Below are positions 24,111 to 38,334 of a DNA stretch of 48,986 nucleotides, one piece after another (within the stretch, counting starts at the first letter, position 1; the number at the start of each line of letters is the position of its first letter). The DNA is taken from NCBI RefSeq assembly GCF_001194135.2, contig NC_068988.1:72511069-72560054 (forward strand). The letters run 5' to 3'. The notes under the pieces were generated by a model. That model was given only the letters and a program-made list of their open reading frames with translations, had not been told where the DNA came from and made no database searches. The position numbers and the translations under genes are program-made. This stretch comes from Octopus bimaculoides. Its lineage: Eukaryota.

Positions 24111-25994
24111 CTTGCGATATTCTGTTAGATATTAAAACACATTCATAGCATACATGTCTGTGGTTTTCTGGTTTTAACATGTGATGCAATGAAGTCATTA
24201 TTAAAATAATTGTTTTCCTCTTTGGAGAAAACCGGTTAACAGTTCGTTTTGTATTGTTTTTTGACTTTTGATTTTGGTGTTTGTTAATGCTTTTTTTACC
24301 TTTAAATCCGAGCTAATATACAGGAACAGTATAAACAATGCTTGGTCAATAATAAACACAAGGATTTAGGTTCTAATAAATATTCATCACTGTACTTATT
24401 CCCCTTGAGTGTATTAGACTGAAGCAATGATGATCCCATCTCAGAAATCTTAATGAGAGGATATATTGTCACAAAACTAATAAAAGCACCTCGTGTGCCA
24501 CCATAACACTGATTAAAGTAAATTGATTAGAAGGAGAGGATAAATAATGTTCAGGAGAATTCAAAAAAATTATACGGTGCTCGTTTCGAATTATCTCTAC
24601 TTCCAGATTTTCTGTACTGACCTAGAGTCGCTATCATCAAAGTAGAACAGATCCTTTCATGCAGGCCCTACTTACCATCCATCTGCAAATATAACTGGAC
24701 TTTGGTGACAGAAAATGTGACATCTGAGCATACAGCATCTCATGAAATTTAGATTTTTTTCTTTTCTCAAATATTAAACTAAGTAAGAAATGACACAGAC
24801 TGAAGCTAACTTCACAGAGGGTCTCAAATGTCATTAGCGTTACTCGTGCACGCGTATTTATCATGAAGAAGAAGTCAAAGATTCTCTTTAACTGTTTGTA
24901 AAGCTTGCAGAGGATAAATGAAAATTTACCATTGAAAAATAAATAAATAAATACTTTGTTTCTTCTATTGCAATGAATTCTATAGCTTAAATATTTAGAA
25001 TTTTCCAAACTTGTCTATTGTAGGACAGTAATATCAAGTTTAGAGAAAATTGTATTATTTAACTTTACTCGTTAGCGAAGCAGCTGGGAATAGGTGAGGA
25101 TGCTGGTTCAAACTAAGAAAACTCATTTTATCCACCACCAAAACGTTTTTCTGAGAGATTTGCTAATATTGATGAAATTCCTGTTTTGTATTCAAGAGGA
25201 ATGGCAGATATATCAAGTTAAAAGGACAAGCAAGTGATATTCGTGCATTGTCCTGGTGCATTCTTCATTAGTAATCATGAACTTGGGGCTTGGGAGACTA
25301 TAAAACTTAGAGAAGGAATTGGGACACGTAATAGAATAGCTGCCGGTTTAATTTGCTGAGAAAATGAAATGAGTGCAGAGATGAACCCCGAGGGATGAGG
25401 CGCGGGGGAGTGTTCTATTTACATAGGGCGTTGTGTGTCTGTTAAGCCACACGCATCAACAATGCTCCAGACTAACTCACAGTAAACAATTACATCAAGA
25501 CATGCAGAGTTCTTCAGTGACAAATACACGCTAAGCCATCTAGCAACCACACAAGGCTAGCGAATCCGGTTAGTTGATGGAAACTATGAATATGTGTGTG
25601 TGTATACTCAAGCACGCCTGCATACATTCATATTGGCCCATGCATAGGAATACATAATTATTCACATGTATTATCAAATATACAATAATATTTACTGAAA
25701 TTCAGCAGCAGTAGTAGTAGTAGTAGTAGTAGTAGTAGCAGTAGTGGCGGTGGCGGCGGCGGGAGGGATGAGAGGATGAGGGAGAGGAGGAGTTGTTCAT
25801 AAAATGTTTACATCAAGCAATATATAAAGTTTAGCTTACGATACAAAGCAAGAATACGAGAAGTTGCAAGAGGTTCTTATAAATTCTTTCTAAAAGTCCA
25901 GTATGTCTTGAAAACAACCAGACGATATTGCTGCTAGAGAGGTTCAGGCTTTAAATCTTTCACATATAAACACCTGAGCACTACATACAATAAG

Positions 25995-26045
<51 letters not shown>

Positions 26046-26076
26046 GTTATTATTATTGTTATTATTATTATTATTA

Positions 26077-26163
26077 GGGTGGCGAGCAAGCTGGCAGAAT
26101 CGTTAGCACGCCGGGAAAATGTTTAGCGGTATTTCGTCCGTCTTTATGTTCTGAGTTCAAATT
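26077..26163 (+). mobile_element. SINE 5' head only, after an (ATT)n array
   Basis: GCTGGCAGAATCGTTAGCACGCCGGG...CTGAGTTCAAATT. Confidence 0.85.
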
Positions 26164-27904
26164 ATATATATATAAGACGTAAAAGGGATCGATAAATCAC
26201 TCAGTGTTAAAGGAATTTGGTTAACTATATCAAACAATAAGATACTAATAAATTCAAGTGGAATTAATATTCAAGGTAATCCGTCGTGTATGACAAGTAA
26301 ATTCAAAGAATTTCAAGAAATTCCGTGTATTAAACAACAAATATAAGAATGGAGAAAATCACATCTTTAAGTTATTATAACACCATACATTACTGACGAT
26401 ATATATNNNNNNNNNNNNNNNNNNNNNNNNNNNNNNNNNNNNNNNNNNNNNNNNNNNNNNNNNNNNNNNNNNNNNNNNNNNNNNNNNNNNNNNNNNNNNN
26501 NNNNNNNNNNNNNNNNNNNNNNNNNNNNNNNNNNNNNNNNNNNNNNNNNNNNNNNNNNNNNNNNNNNNNNNNNNNNNNNNNNNNNNNNNNNNNNNNNNNN
26601 NNNNNNNNNNNNNNNNNNNNNNNNNNNNNNNNNNNNNNNNNNNNNNNNNNNNNNNNNNNNNNNNNNNNNNNNNNNNNNNNNNNNNNNNNNNNNNNNNNNN
26701 NNNNNNNNNNNNNNNNNNNNNNNNNNNNNNNNNNNNNNNNNNNNNNNNNNNNNNNNNNNNNNNNNNNNNNNNNNNNNNNNNNNNNNNNNNNNNNNNNNNN
26801 NNNNNNNNNNNNNNNNNNNNNNNNNNNNNNNNNNNNNNNNNNNNNNNNNNNNNNNNNNNNNNNNNNNNNNNNNNNNNNNNNNNNNNNNNNNNNNNNNNNN
26901 NNNNNNNNNNNNNNNNNNNNNNNNNNNNNNNNNNNNNNNNNNNNNNNNNNNNNNNNNNNNNNNNNNNNNNNNNNNNNNNNNNNNNNNNNNNNNNNNNNNN
27001 NNNNNNNNNNNNNNNNNNNNNNNNNNNNNNNNNNNNNNNNNNNNNNNNNNNNNNNNNNNNNNNNNNNNNNNNNNNNNNNNNNNNNNNNNNNNNNNNNNNN
27101 NNNNNNNNNNNNNNNNNNNNNNNNNNNNNNNNNNNNNNNNNNNNNNNNNNNNNNNNNNNNNNNNNNNNNNNNNNNNNNNNNNNNNNNNNNNNNNNNNNNN
27201 NNNNNNNNNNNNNNNNNNNNNNNNNNNNNNNNNNNNNNNNNTATATATATATGAGAGAGAGAGTACTTATAGATATAACGTGCAAATATAAGTACAAGCC
27301 AGACAAGTCGATCTTATTGTCTGGTTACGATCCTCTCCAAAACGTGACGGCCTTGTGCTTCATATTAGAAAACATATTATAATGAAGAGATTTTGCGACC
27401 TAATCAAGTTGAAGACAATATACGTAAACTGCACATGTGCTGGGATTCAGAATATTCCCAATGGCTGATGTGGGATGGGAATTTCAATTTTTATCCAAGA
27501 CAAGTAGTGCGACGCTTATTGCACCGAAGTATTAACGAGTGAACATGAGATTAAACTGAAATTTTCACGCTCTCTCTCCTTCTTTCTCCTTCTCTCTCTC
27601 TCCTTATCTCTCTCTCCTTATCTCTCCTTCTCTCTCTCCCTCTCTCTCCTTCTCTCTCCTTCTCTTTCTCTCCATCTCTCTCTCTCTCACACACACAAAT
27701 ACGCACGCACATGCTTATTTATACACACGCCTGCTTTTATATACAAACATACATAATTGCATACGCACGCATGCATACATAAATATATACATATACGTAT
27801 GTATTGTGTGTACATATTTACACAATATTCTTTGTGCATGCGTGTATATGGACAAAAATAGGTATGTGTATATATACATACATGCATCATACATGTATGT
27901 AAGA

Positions 27905-27944
<40 letters not shown>

Positions 27945-28191
27945 GAGTATATTACATACAAAAATAAGAGGGATGACCAGCAAAAGTGGACTCCTATATA
28001 CTAGAAGTCCACTTATAGGAGTCCACTTCTAGCNNNNNNNNNNNNNNNNNNNNNNNNNNNNNNNNNNNNNNNNNNNNNNNNNNNNNAAGAGGGATGACCA
28101 GCAAAAGTGGACTCCTTAATATGCTAGACCACTGGTTCAAATTGATTAATATCGATTTCTACCCTCATAAATACATTTTTATATACATGAG

Positions 28192-28234
<43 letters not shown>

Positions 28235-28340
28235 ATATACATATATCTATAAATATATAAATATATACGTATATATATACACATGTATATATGTGTATAT
28301 ATATTTATACACACACGGACTAATATTTTCCTCTACACTT

Positions 28341-28780
28341 CTTTGTGCTGTCAGACGGGCTTGTCCCAGATACGTGCAAAGTGACAAACCTGTTCCGTAC
28401 GCAGTCGTTTAGAGTACGGAACATTACCGACTTGTAGAGTTATGTCAAACAGCTGTTGTTGTGTATGAGACAGATCCATCTATTGGCCGAGAGTATAGAG
28501 ATGACTGCCCCGCTGCCCTCCTGTCTTCGAGCAGGTAAAGCAGTTTTTATTTGTCTGGTGGCTGTGGCGAAAAAGGTTGTCTAATAGACGAGGTTGAAAA
28601 GCATGAGGATAGAGACATTCATCTTTGGGAGAGCCCTCATAAACTGTTTCAAGTTTCACTTGAAAAGGAAAGTGAATGTGGAGAACGAAGTGCTGTCCAC
28701 GTGTGAATTTATTGATATATGAATGAAAGTTGTGAAAATGGCAAGAGGGGATGGTACCGTTCAAAGTGTAGTCCTGTGAG
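28341..28780 (+). mobile_element. Decayed Tx1/L1-clade LINE 3' end
   Basis: Degenerate zinc knuckle CPRYVQSDKPVPYAVV*S, then ITDL*SYVKQLL...KAVFICLVAVAKKVV**TRLKS...FKFHLKRKVNVE..L...EF. Confidence 0.7.
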
Positions 28781-28995
28781 TCGGATAAAAAGAATTGGAA
28801 AGGGTACTTGGACGGTGAGGTTCCTCGATTATTCCTAGATGTCCTGTTGTATCAGGAGAACCACATCACTAACATTTTTATCATAACTACCCGTCTGATA
28901 AGAGTACACCAGGAACATGCATCACAACCATATGTACGTGACATGGTGATTTCATATCAAACTAAAAAGCGCATGAGCTTGCAGGTGGGGCCTAG

Positions 28996-29357
28996 TTAGA
29001 ATTTCCTTCAGGTTGAGTAGCCCATCCTGCTCAAAAGGTCCCTGAATAAGGTTCGTTTGAGGATGATGAAGAAAACACCCATGTTTCCAAAAATGAATTA
29101 TTCAGATCCCAAAGAATGTCTGTCAGCACATGGCTATGATGCCCTCCATTACTTCTACACGGGATCAAAGATGCACATATCGTCAGCCACTAAGGGACAT
29201 GCCCAACTGGTTAAGGCCAAGCAACTGACAAGCAAATCTGTGGTACTGAGCAGAATATTTGCTGTAGCCCATCTTTTATACCAAGGCAAAACAATACACA
29301 TGATAACACTTCCAATCAGTTAAGATCAGAAGCCATGAGAGACACTGTCTGGTACTG

Positions 29358-29414
<57 letters not shown>

Positions 29415-29435
29415 CATCATCATCATTATCATCAT

Positions 29436-29504
<69 letters not shown>

Positions 29505-29512
29505 TATTGTTG
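28996..29512 (+). repeat. About 360-bp probable dispersed repeat (retroposon 3' end) ending in an (ATT)n/(ATC)n tail
   Basis: Non-coding block terminating abruptly in a trinucleotide tail, as LINE/SINE 3' ends do; single copy in this window, so family membership is unverified. Confidence 0.4.
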
Positions 29513-30569
29513 NNNNNNNNNNNNNNNNNNNNNNNNNNNNNNNNNNNNNNNNNNNNNNNNNNNNNNNNNNNNNNNNNNNNNNNNNNNNNNNNNNNNNNNN
29601 NNNNNNNNNNNNNNNNNNNNNNNNNNNNNNNNNNNNNNNNNNNNNNNNNNNNNNNNNNNNNNNNNNNNNNNNNNNNNNNNNNNNNNNNNNNNNNNNNNNN
29701 NNNNNNNNNNNNNNNNNNNNNNNNNNNNNNNNNNNNNNNNNNNNNNNNNNNNNNNNNNNNNNNNNNNNNNNNNNNNNNNNNNNNNNNNNNNNNNNNNNNN
29801 NNNNNNNNNNNNNNNNNNNNNNNNNNNNNNNNNNNNNNNNNNNNNGCGCGTGTTATCGAAAAATAATTTAAAAAACAAAGTGGGTGTATTAGGTTGACGC
29901 TCAAGAAAATTGGAAGAAGTTACATTTCGGGCATACGCTCTTCTACGGAAAGGATAGATGAGGAGAGAAAAATATACAGGGTAAAGAACAAACGTTGGTT
30001 TGAAGCGTGGGTAGCATGTGAGGACAACAGTGACCTGATATGTGTATGTGTAAGCAAGCACGTGTGTGTGTGTTTGAGTGCGCGCGTATGTAGGTGGGGG
30101 TTCGAACAAATACGTGCAATGTGTACGTGTATGCTCTGTATGTTTATGAGTGTATGTGTATGTCCTGGGCATGACATTAACTACAACCGGCAGAAAGGCC
30201 CCTTATCAGGAGATTTGATCTTCTTAGGAGTGTGGAACCACTTCTTAATTACTATAGTTCCCAGCTTCACACTGACACAGGGCTAGAAGAAGAGAAACTC
30301 TGACTTAAAATCCGCCTACCCAGTCGGTCCGGCTGATTGGGATCTACGACTTAAGATGTGAACTCCAAAGGTCTGGGTTTTCGGCAGATCAATGCAACTT
30401 CTTGCATGTCACACCATGTGTACCGCAAAACAAGGACCTAGAATCATAGTGTGTGAGCTTCAGCCCGGCAAACTGCCGTCCACCTTAAACAAATTCACAC
30501 CAACGGCTCATTTCAACCACACTCCAAATCAGCTATGAATAAAATCCACAATCGGTGGAGAAAAAGATG

Positions 30570-32540
30570 CAGTTCAATCACCTCAATGTCAAACCAGACT
30601 AAGGGAAATCTAGAATAGCTGGTGGCAAAAAAGGGGCTGAAGAACAGCAGCACTTTGTCAGCACTGGAGATCTCCGCAGCTTCTATGCATGAAACAAAGG
30701 GATATACGGTCCGGTCCAGTCTTCAGCAGACAACTTCTTGACAGAAAGTAATGGATCCTTTAACGGTGAGTGGAACGTTTCAATGCCCTGCTCAATATGA
30801 ACTCAGCTACTATTGATAATTGTCTAAAATATGTTCCACAATACCCCACTCAACTCAGGATGTCTGTTTCACCCACCTACTGTGAATTTTGTGTCGCCTT
30901 GAGGTAAATGCACCACAGAAAAGGTGCAGGCTCAGTCAAAATTCTTGCAAAGCTCATACTACATGGTGGGTTACCCTAAAGGCCCACCTGCACACTTTGA
31001 TCCTTTGAAGGTGGGGAAGCCAAACACGTCCCAAATGAGCTTAAAGATGCACTAATTGTCGCAATATTTTTAAATATCACAATGTCTGTGGCAATTATCG
31101 TGGCATCACAGGGAAAATTCTTGTCAAAGTCATCTTAAACAGATTTTTTAAAAAACTTTGCAGGGAACATTGTGTCAGAATCCCGGTCTGGTTTCCACTC
31201 TGCAAGGCGAACAGTTGATATGAGTTTATGTGCCTGTCAACTACAGGAGACAGCCAAGGAACAAAATATACCCTGTATATTTTTATAATTTTCTATGACC
31301 TTGAAACGGCCTGTGGTAGTGTCCCAAGAGCTGCAATGTGGACTGTCCTGCAGCGATTTGGCCTACCAGAACTCTTTGTTGCAATGATTAGTGCAATGCA
31401 CGATGGCATGAAGGCACGTGTTATCCACCAAGTTAACACCTCAGAAGAATTTCCCATCAAGTACGATCTGAAACAGAACGGTGCCCTCATAGCCACGTTC
31501 TTCTCACTTTTACCTTGCCGCCATACTCCATGAAATTTCCCCAGGACTTTTTAATCTATCGATACTCCGCTCTCACCGTCACACCAGCTCTATCAAAGTA
31601 AATTCAATGCAGTATGCAGATGACAACGCTGCCCCTTTTCACTCACCTGAGGGTTTACAACAATCTGTCAACAATTTCTGAACGGCATATTCCCAGTTTG
31701 GTCTAACAGTTAACAACGGCAAAACCAAAATCATTCTACAACAACCACCTGGATGTGACCCACCAAAATCTAACACCACCACTAATGAAACCTCGATTGA
31801 ATGTGTTGAACATTTACCTTATTTTGGTAGCCTCCTGTCCTTGCAATGTACATATTCAAAGGATGTAGAAAACAGGATTCAAGCAACACACTCAGCTTTT
31901 GGGAAGCTCTCCATTAGAGTCTTTGGGAGCAGTAGTCTTATCATGCAAACCAAAATGATGGCGTAAAATGCCATAGTTGTGTCTACCCTGCTGTATGGTC
32001 GTGAGACGTCGACCCTGTACTGCCATGACCTGAAAAAGCTTGAACAATTCCATCAAAAGTAACTCCGGTCTATCTTGTAGGTCGAATGGGGAGACTACGT
32101 TCAAGTAGTATGTTGACGTACAAAAGAGAGCGGGATAAGTTAGAATGGAGGCAATAATCATCAAACACTTCCTCAGATGGACAGGCCACAAGGCTCGCAT
32201 GAGTGGGGGGCAACAGGCTCCCGAAGATTTTCCTATTTGGATAACTGAACAAGATGCTGCAAAACCTAATTGAAGGAACTCTGAATAGTGCTGAGAAATG
32301 ACAGCCAACCAACACATTGTTTGGCGTAATTTGACCGAAGAAGGAATGTCCTATCTTGAAGAAAACAGAAGAACGGACATCAGAATGAAACGACAATGTA
32401 GGAAAGAGAGCAACTCAACTCCAACCAACACTTATAATCCAGAGCAAGAATCGGGTTTAGTAGCCATCAGAAAGGCCATCGTCCCCTACAGGACAAATGA
32501 ACTCTCTCCACACTCCGGACTGAAATGTACTAAATACTCG
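30570..32540 (+). mobile_element. Decayed RTE-clade LINE (RT domain and C-terminus), pseudogenised
   Basis: FYDLETACGSVPRAAMWTVLQRFGLPELFVAMISAMHDGMKARV; QYADD (TATGCAGATGAC 31613-31624); FGLTVNNGKTK; YFGSLLS...DVENRI..AHS/AFGKL; VSTLLYGRET; terminal RIGFSSHQKGH. Many stops and frameshifts. Confidence 0.92.
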
Positions 32541-32701
32541 GAAACGAGTCCTTACTGACTCGACGATGTGTATATAGGTATACGTGTATTTGTGTGTGAG
32601 GCTCTCTGAAGTATATGTGTGTGTAAGAGTGCGTGTTAGTGAAGCTATCGAGTGTGTATACGACAGCCTTTTTTAAGCTTCTTTCTACAAAGTCCACTCT
32701 C

Positions 32702-32805
32702 AAGACTTTAGTCAGCACGCGGTTATAGTAGAAGACACTTGCCACGTAGTGGGACTGAACCTGAAACCGCGTGGTTGAGAAGCAAACTTCTTACCACACA
32801 ACCAC
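32702..32805 (-). mobile_element. tRNA-derived SINE head (third family)
   Basis: Minus strand GTGTGGTAAGAAGTTTGCTTCTCAACCACGCGGTTTCAGGTTCAGTCCCACT with A/B box-like motifs. Confidence 0.7.
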
Positions 32806-33376
32806 AACTATGCTTTATATTTTTAATTGTTTATTATGTGCTGGTTTATGATATCCGGAGCTATAGTTAAGAACTGAATCAACAATGAATGTAAATTTTG
32901 TTTTACTACAGAAAGTATGGTTGCTGAGTTACTTTGATTTGAACGTAACGATTCGATGACCGATGATATTACACTGAGCTGAATATATTTCAGATAACTG
33001 GTTTAATCAGAGAAAAGGAAAGATTGAGAGACAGAGTTGCTGTTTTTTAATATGTCTACAAATACTTTATAAATACGAACATTATCACATCACATATCTG
33101 TGGCTTATGTGACTAAAGCCGTTTACGAATGATGCGTTGCCATTTTTACTAACAAAATACATCTAATCTTTTAGATGTATTTTAGATTACACGAGCAAAA
33201 ACCTACAACACATATACATATATACATACATTCATGCATACATACACAATTACATGTGTATGTGTGTGCGTGTGTGTGTGCGCGTGTGTGTGTGCGTGTG
33301 TGTGTGCGTGCGTGTGTGTACGCACGTAAGTATATAAACACACGAATATATATACATACATATATATGTATATATA

Positions 33377-33439
<63 letters not shown>

Positions 33440-34152
33440 GTATATGTGTGTGTGTGTGTGTATACGTATATGTATATTTATATATATACGTATATGTATA
33501 TATGCATACATATATGTATATATATATAAATAGAGAGACAGAGGGCGAGAGAGGGAGAGAGAGAGAGGATGATGATGATGATGATGGGAGGAGGAGGAGG
33601 AGGAGGAGGTATTAGTGGGCGCTTAAGCAATCATAAATCTAAACGCAGTTGGTAGCTAAATACTATAGATAATTCCTGTTGCAACTGGGTTGCAAAAAGA
33701 GAAAAAAAACAACTAAGATAGTACGAAGAGTTTAATTAAGTTCAATGTTGGTGATGAATGTGCAAGTAATGTCATATTATAGTTTATTCCCTGTTTTGCA
33801 TTGGACTTAATTAGCAGCGCTCGGTGAGACTACGAGGCTTGCTTTTCGGTAGTGTGATGCAACTATTTTGTAAACCTCTTGTGACCAGCAGCTCTATGGT
33901 AATTGATCTTATTGAATCAAAGCCTACTGACAGCTCTCATTAAGTCCTCGAACTAATGTTAATTAAAGTGGGCTATTTTGAGTCTCCAAAGTCCTATTAT
34001 TATTCAGTGATGACTTATCTGTATGATGTGTGTGAATGCATATGAAAGCATACGCATGAGTACAAGTGTATGTTCGTGTACATGCGTGTATGTGTGTGTG
34101 TGTGTGTGAGTGTGTGAGTGTGTGTGTTTGTGTGTGATCCACAGATACACAG

Positions 34153-34195
<43 letters not shown>

Positions 34196-36028
34196 CGATT
34201 TAAAGTCAGAAACAGTATTCACAACACAGCTAAGTCTCTCACCTACAAAATCAAGTTGTCCAGAAACAAGCATGAGGAAGATTGCAGATTTTACAATAAG
34301 GTGGTTTCATGTATACATACATACATACATACATACATACATTAATGCATACATACATACATACATACATACATGCACGCATACACATATATTTTGAACA
34401 CGTTTTTTAACATTAAAACAATTATTGCTATATCTGCCCAGCAATAAGTCGTGTCTAAATTGGTCTGATAGTTGTCGCCTTTATAGATATTTCTGACTAG
34501 AAATCTAAATATATATCTGACAGTCAACTGACAGTCATTGTCTTTGGGATAAGATAATTTGTCAGTGACGGCCATACTCATCTATGAGTCTACAGCACCC
34601 ATGTATGTATGTATGTATGTATGCACGTATGTATGTATGTATGTATGTATGTATGTATGTATGTATGTATGTATGCATGCATGCATGAATGTATGCATGC
34701 ACGTATGTATGTATGTATGTATGTATGTATGCATGCATGCATGTATGTATGTATGTATGCATGCATGTATGTATGTATGTATGTATGTATGTATGCATGC
34801 ATGTATGTATGTATGTATGTATATATATGTGTGTGTGTGTGTGTGTGNNNNNNNNNNNNNNNNNNNNNNNNNNNNNNNNNNNNNNNNNNNNNNNNNNNNN
34901 NNNNNNNNNNNNNNNNNNNNNNNNNNNNNNNNNNNNNNNNNNNNNNNNNNNNNNNNNNNNNNNNNNNNNNNNNNNNNNNNNNNNNNNNNNNNNNNNNNNN
35001 NNNNNNNNNNNNNNNNNNNNNNNNNNNNNNNNNNNNNNNNNNNNNNNNNNNNNNNNNNNNNNNNNNNNNNNNNNNNNNNNNNNNNNNNNNNNNNNNNNNN
35101 NNNNNNNNNNNNNNNNNNNNNNNNNNNNNNNNNNNNNNNNNNNNNNNNNNNNNNNNNNNNNNNNNNNNNNNNNNNNNNNNNNNNNNNNNNCACACATATA
35201 TATACATATATTTCAAATAATGGAAATGGCGGTTATATTTATTCTAAATCATTTTAGATTTGCAGGGATATCGCCTATATTGATACACTTATTTTCTCAT
35301 TGGATATTTTGGTCTTTAGTCTTTCTAGCTACGGCCAGTCATGGCATGCAACACATAATACAGATGTCTAAAATCAAGCGATGCCAGTCCCTGGGGTTTT
35401 TAAGGTGGGAAAAGGCCTCACACAGGACCAATCCCACTCTCTAAACAAACATATGCATTTTCTCAAAAGACGAAGTACTCTACATCATTGGATGCATACA
35501 ACACAGCAGTTGTTACATCAGAGATGTCTAAGCAAAGACTAGGGATCTTTCACTCCCAACTATTCGACAGTCGTTCTCTATTGAGTTCATTTGCCCTTCG
35601 ACAGATTTTCTTTCTCATCCAGCAGGGTGTCCAACATAAACCACATTCCTTAACAAACAGGCTAAGTAGGGTTTCGGTTTGGTCGTCGACGACGCTACTA
35701 TGTAGAAAGTTGTAGTGGGTTACATGTCACTAGTAACACTGACAACAACGACCTGACATGTTTATACTCGTATTTCGATATATATATATATGCATATAAC
35801 CCTGCTGGGTTCGGCTGCTCCACATTGATAAAGGACAAACACCCTGAAACCAGTGTGAAGATGCCAGACCAGCAAGGAGAAACGGCTGACCTCCCCTGTT
35901 CGAAGGTTATAATGGACGCAGGTTCGTGTGTCACATAGCTAGCTAGAGGCGATGGCCTCTTGGAGCTAATCAATGGCAGCATTCGTCCTATTTTTTTGGA
36001 CTGCCATGTTGGCTTCGCGATAACTATC

Positions 36029-36065
<37 letters not shown>

Positions 36066-36433
36066 GTATGTATATATGTATGTATAAATACATATGTATA
36101 TGTATATATATATATAAGCACATAGTCACACATACACACACACACACACACATAGGTGACCACATAAGTGCAAAAAAAGATAGAAAAGATAGTACATGAA
36201 TACCAAAGGTAGAGTAATATGCTTTTGTCAAAGCTGAAAATTATCACAAAATTGTTATTCAGAGTTTCACTTTGTTGTTCATCGGACAGTTGTGATGTAA
36301 CTGTCCGACGGACGGGAACGTGAAACTCTGAGTAACAGCTTTTGTGATAATCTTGTGGCTTTAATAAAAGTATATAAAAACTTTAAATCTTTAAATCATT
36401 AAATTGTTTCAGCTTCAAAGCTGCGGTCATGCC

Positions 36434-36523
<90 letters not shown>

Positions 36524-37460
36524 GCATGCATGTATAAACGCGCGCGCGCACCAAGCACATACATGAATTTGGAGAATCGTTGGATGATCATACAAAATTC
36601 CTTGTGATTTTTGTTCCGGCTCTTTACGTTCAGAGTTCAAATCCCGCCGTCAAACTTGAATCTATTCAATAAAGTACTAAACAATTATGGACCACAACCT
36701 ACTCTCCCACGACCTTTCAAATCTTGCATGCTCGGCTGGGTTAACATTTTGAGGCTCGAGAGTTGTCTGTCTTTGTTCCCAACTACACTGCACCTAAAAA
36801 CAGTAATGCAAGAAAGGCACAGTCCATTTTAAGGCAAAATCATAGGAGATTGCAAATGACGGCCATATTATTAACATACGCTCGCGCGTGCACACACGCA
36901 CTCTAACGCGCGCGCGCATGTACACGTGCTGCAAGTTGTGTATTTTTGCATATAGTGGCAAAATATTAAATGTCGCTTCCGTTATATATTGAAAATTACA
37001 CGCCTCAAAGAAAAGTTGCTTATATATGTACATACATACATGCATACATACGTACGTACGTACATACATACATACATACATACATACATACATGCATACA
37101 TACATGCATACGCAAGTCCATGCATACAGGCATACAGACATATACATATATACGTATGTACCTGTTTGTGTGTGTGTGTGTGTTTGTGCGCGATCGTGTG
37201 TGTGTGCTCGTGTAGGTGTGGGTGTGTGTGCGTGTGGTTGCTTGTACGTGTATATACCTATGTATGTATGAAGCACGATAGTGGTTCACCATTAGATTTG
37301 AACCTAGACAGATCATATTCCACATCTTGTCAGAATCGAATTAGCCTTTGATTCTCATGAGACCGAAAAGTCACAAGACATTAGAGATAAGAGTGACACC
37401 TCGCTTGCACAGGATTGACACCTTTCCACGGAACTCAACCAAGGAACAGCTGATGGTTAT

Positions 37461-37543
<83 letters not shown>

Positions 37544-37573
37544 CTCTTACACGGCAATATATAGAAACTCACA

Positions 37574-37740
37574 AGGCGGCGAGCTGGCAGAGTCGTTAGC
37601 ACGCCGGTAAAACGCTTAGTGGAATTTTTTCCGTTTTTACGTTTTCAGTTCGAATGCATCCGAAGTCTTCTTTGCCTTTCATCCTTTCGGGCTCGATAAA
37701 ATAAGTATCAGTTAAGCACTGGGGTAGACGCAATCGACTT
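37574..37740 (+). mobile_element. tRNA-derived SINE (GCTGGCAGA head family)
   Basis: GGCGGCGAGCTGGCAGAGTCGTTAGCACGCCGG...TTTGCCTTTCATCCTTTCGGGCTCGATAAAATAAGTA. Confidence 0.85.
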
Positions 37741-37744
37741 TTAT

Positions 37745-37778
<34 letters not shown>

Positions 37779-38227
37779 CCACAATAACAAGCCAAAAACT
37801 GAAACCAATACATAGAAACTTATAGAGACAGTATCGCAGTGCAATACAGATGCATGATACTCTCTTTATATAAACGAACAGAACAAGCCAAAATAGTATA
37901 TTAACAGTATATGCGCTGGTTTGACACTCAGTTTAATCTGTACTTCTAATGATAATTGTAATTATAATATATGAATAATAATTAGTACATTCAAACCCAT
38001 GCAATGTACTGCATTGTACTACAGTGCAATAGATAATACTGTACATTCACTACATTCCTCTGGATACTGCGTTAAACTACACTACAGTGCACCTCTCTGC
38101 AATTCATTGGACTTTCCTGTGCATGACTATGCACGAGTCTACTCCACCCCCACCTATTGTACAGTAAAAACATGATGGATACACAGGTATGTAGATGCAC
38201 TAAAAATATGATGGATGCACAGATATG

Positions 38228-38302
<75 letters not shown>

Positions 38303-38334
38303 ACAGACACACGCATTAACACAAGGAATACTGG

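Noticed and set aside
24637-25008. 123-aa minus-strand ORF
   Set aside because: AT-rich, F/K/L/I-biased and with no recognisable motif; only its embedded donor site is noted as a finding.
35330-36010. GC-richer block that might be a LINE or exon remnant
   Set aside because: No frame gave a motif I could recognise; needs a translated search.
37840-38230. Recurrent CAGTGCA/TACAG motifs and a roughly 36-bp two-copy repeat
   Set aside because: Irregular spacing with no unique spacers; a degenerate minisatellite, not CRISPR-like or otherwise structured.
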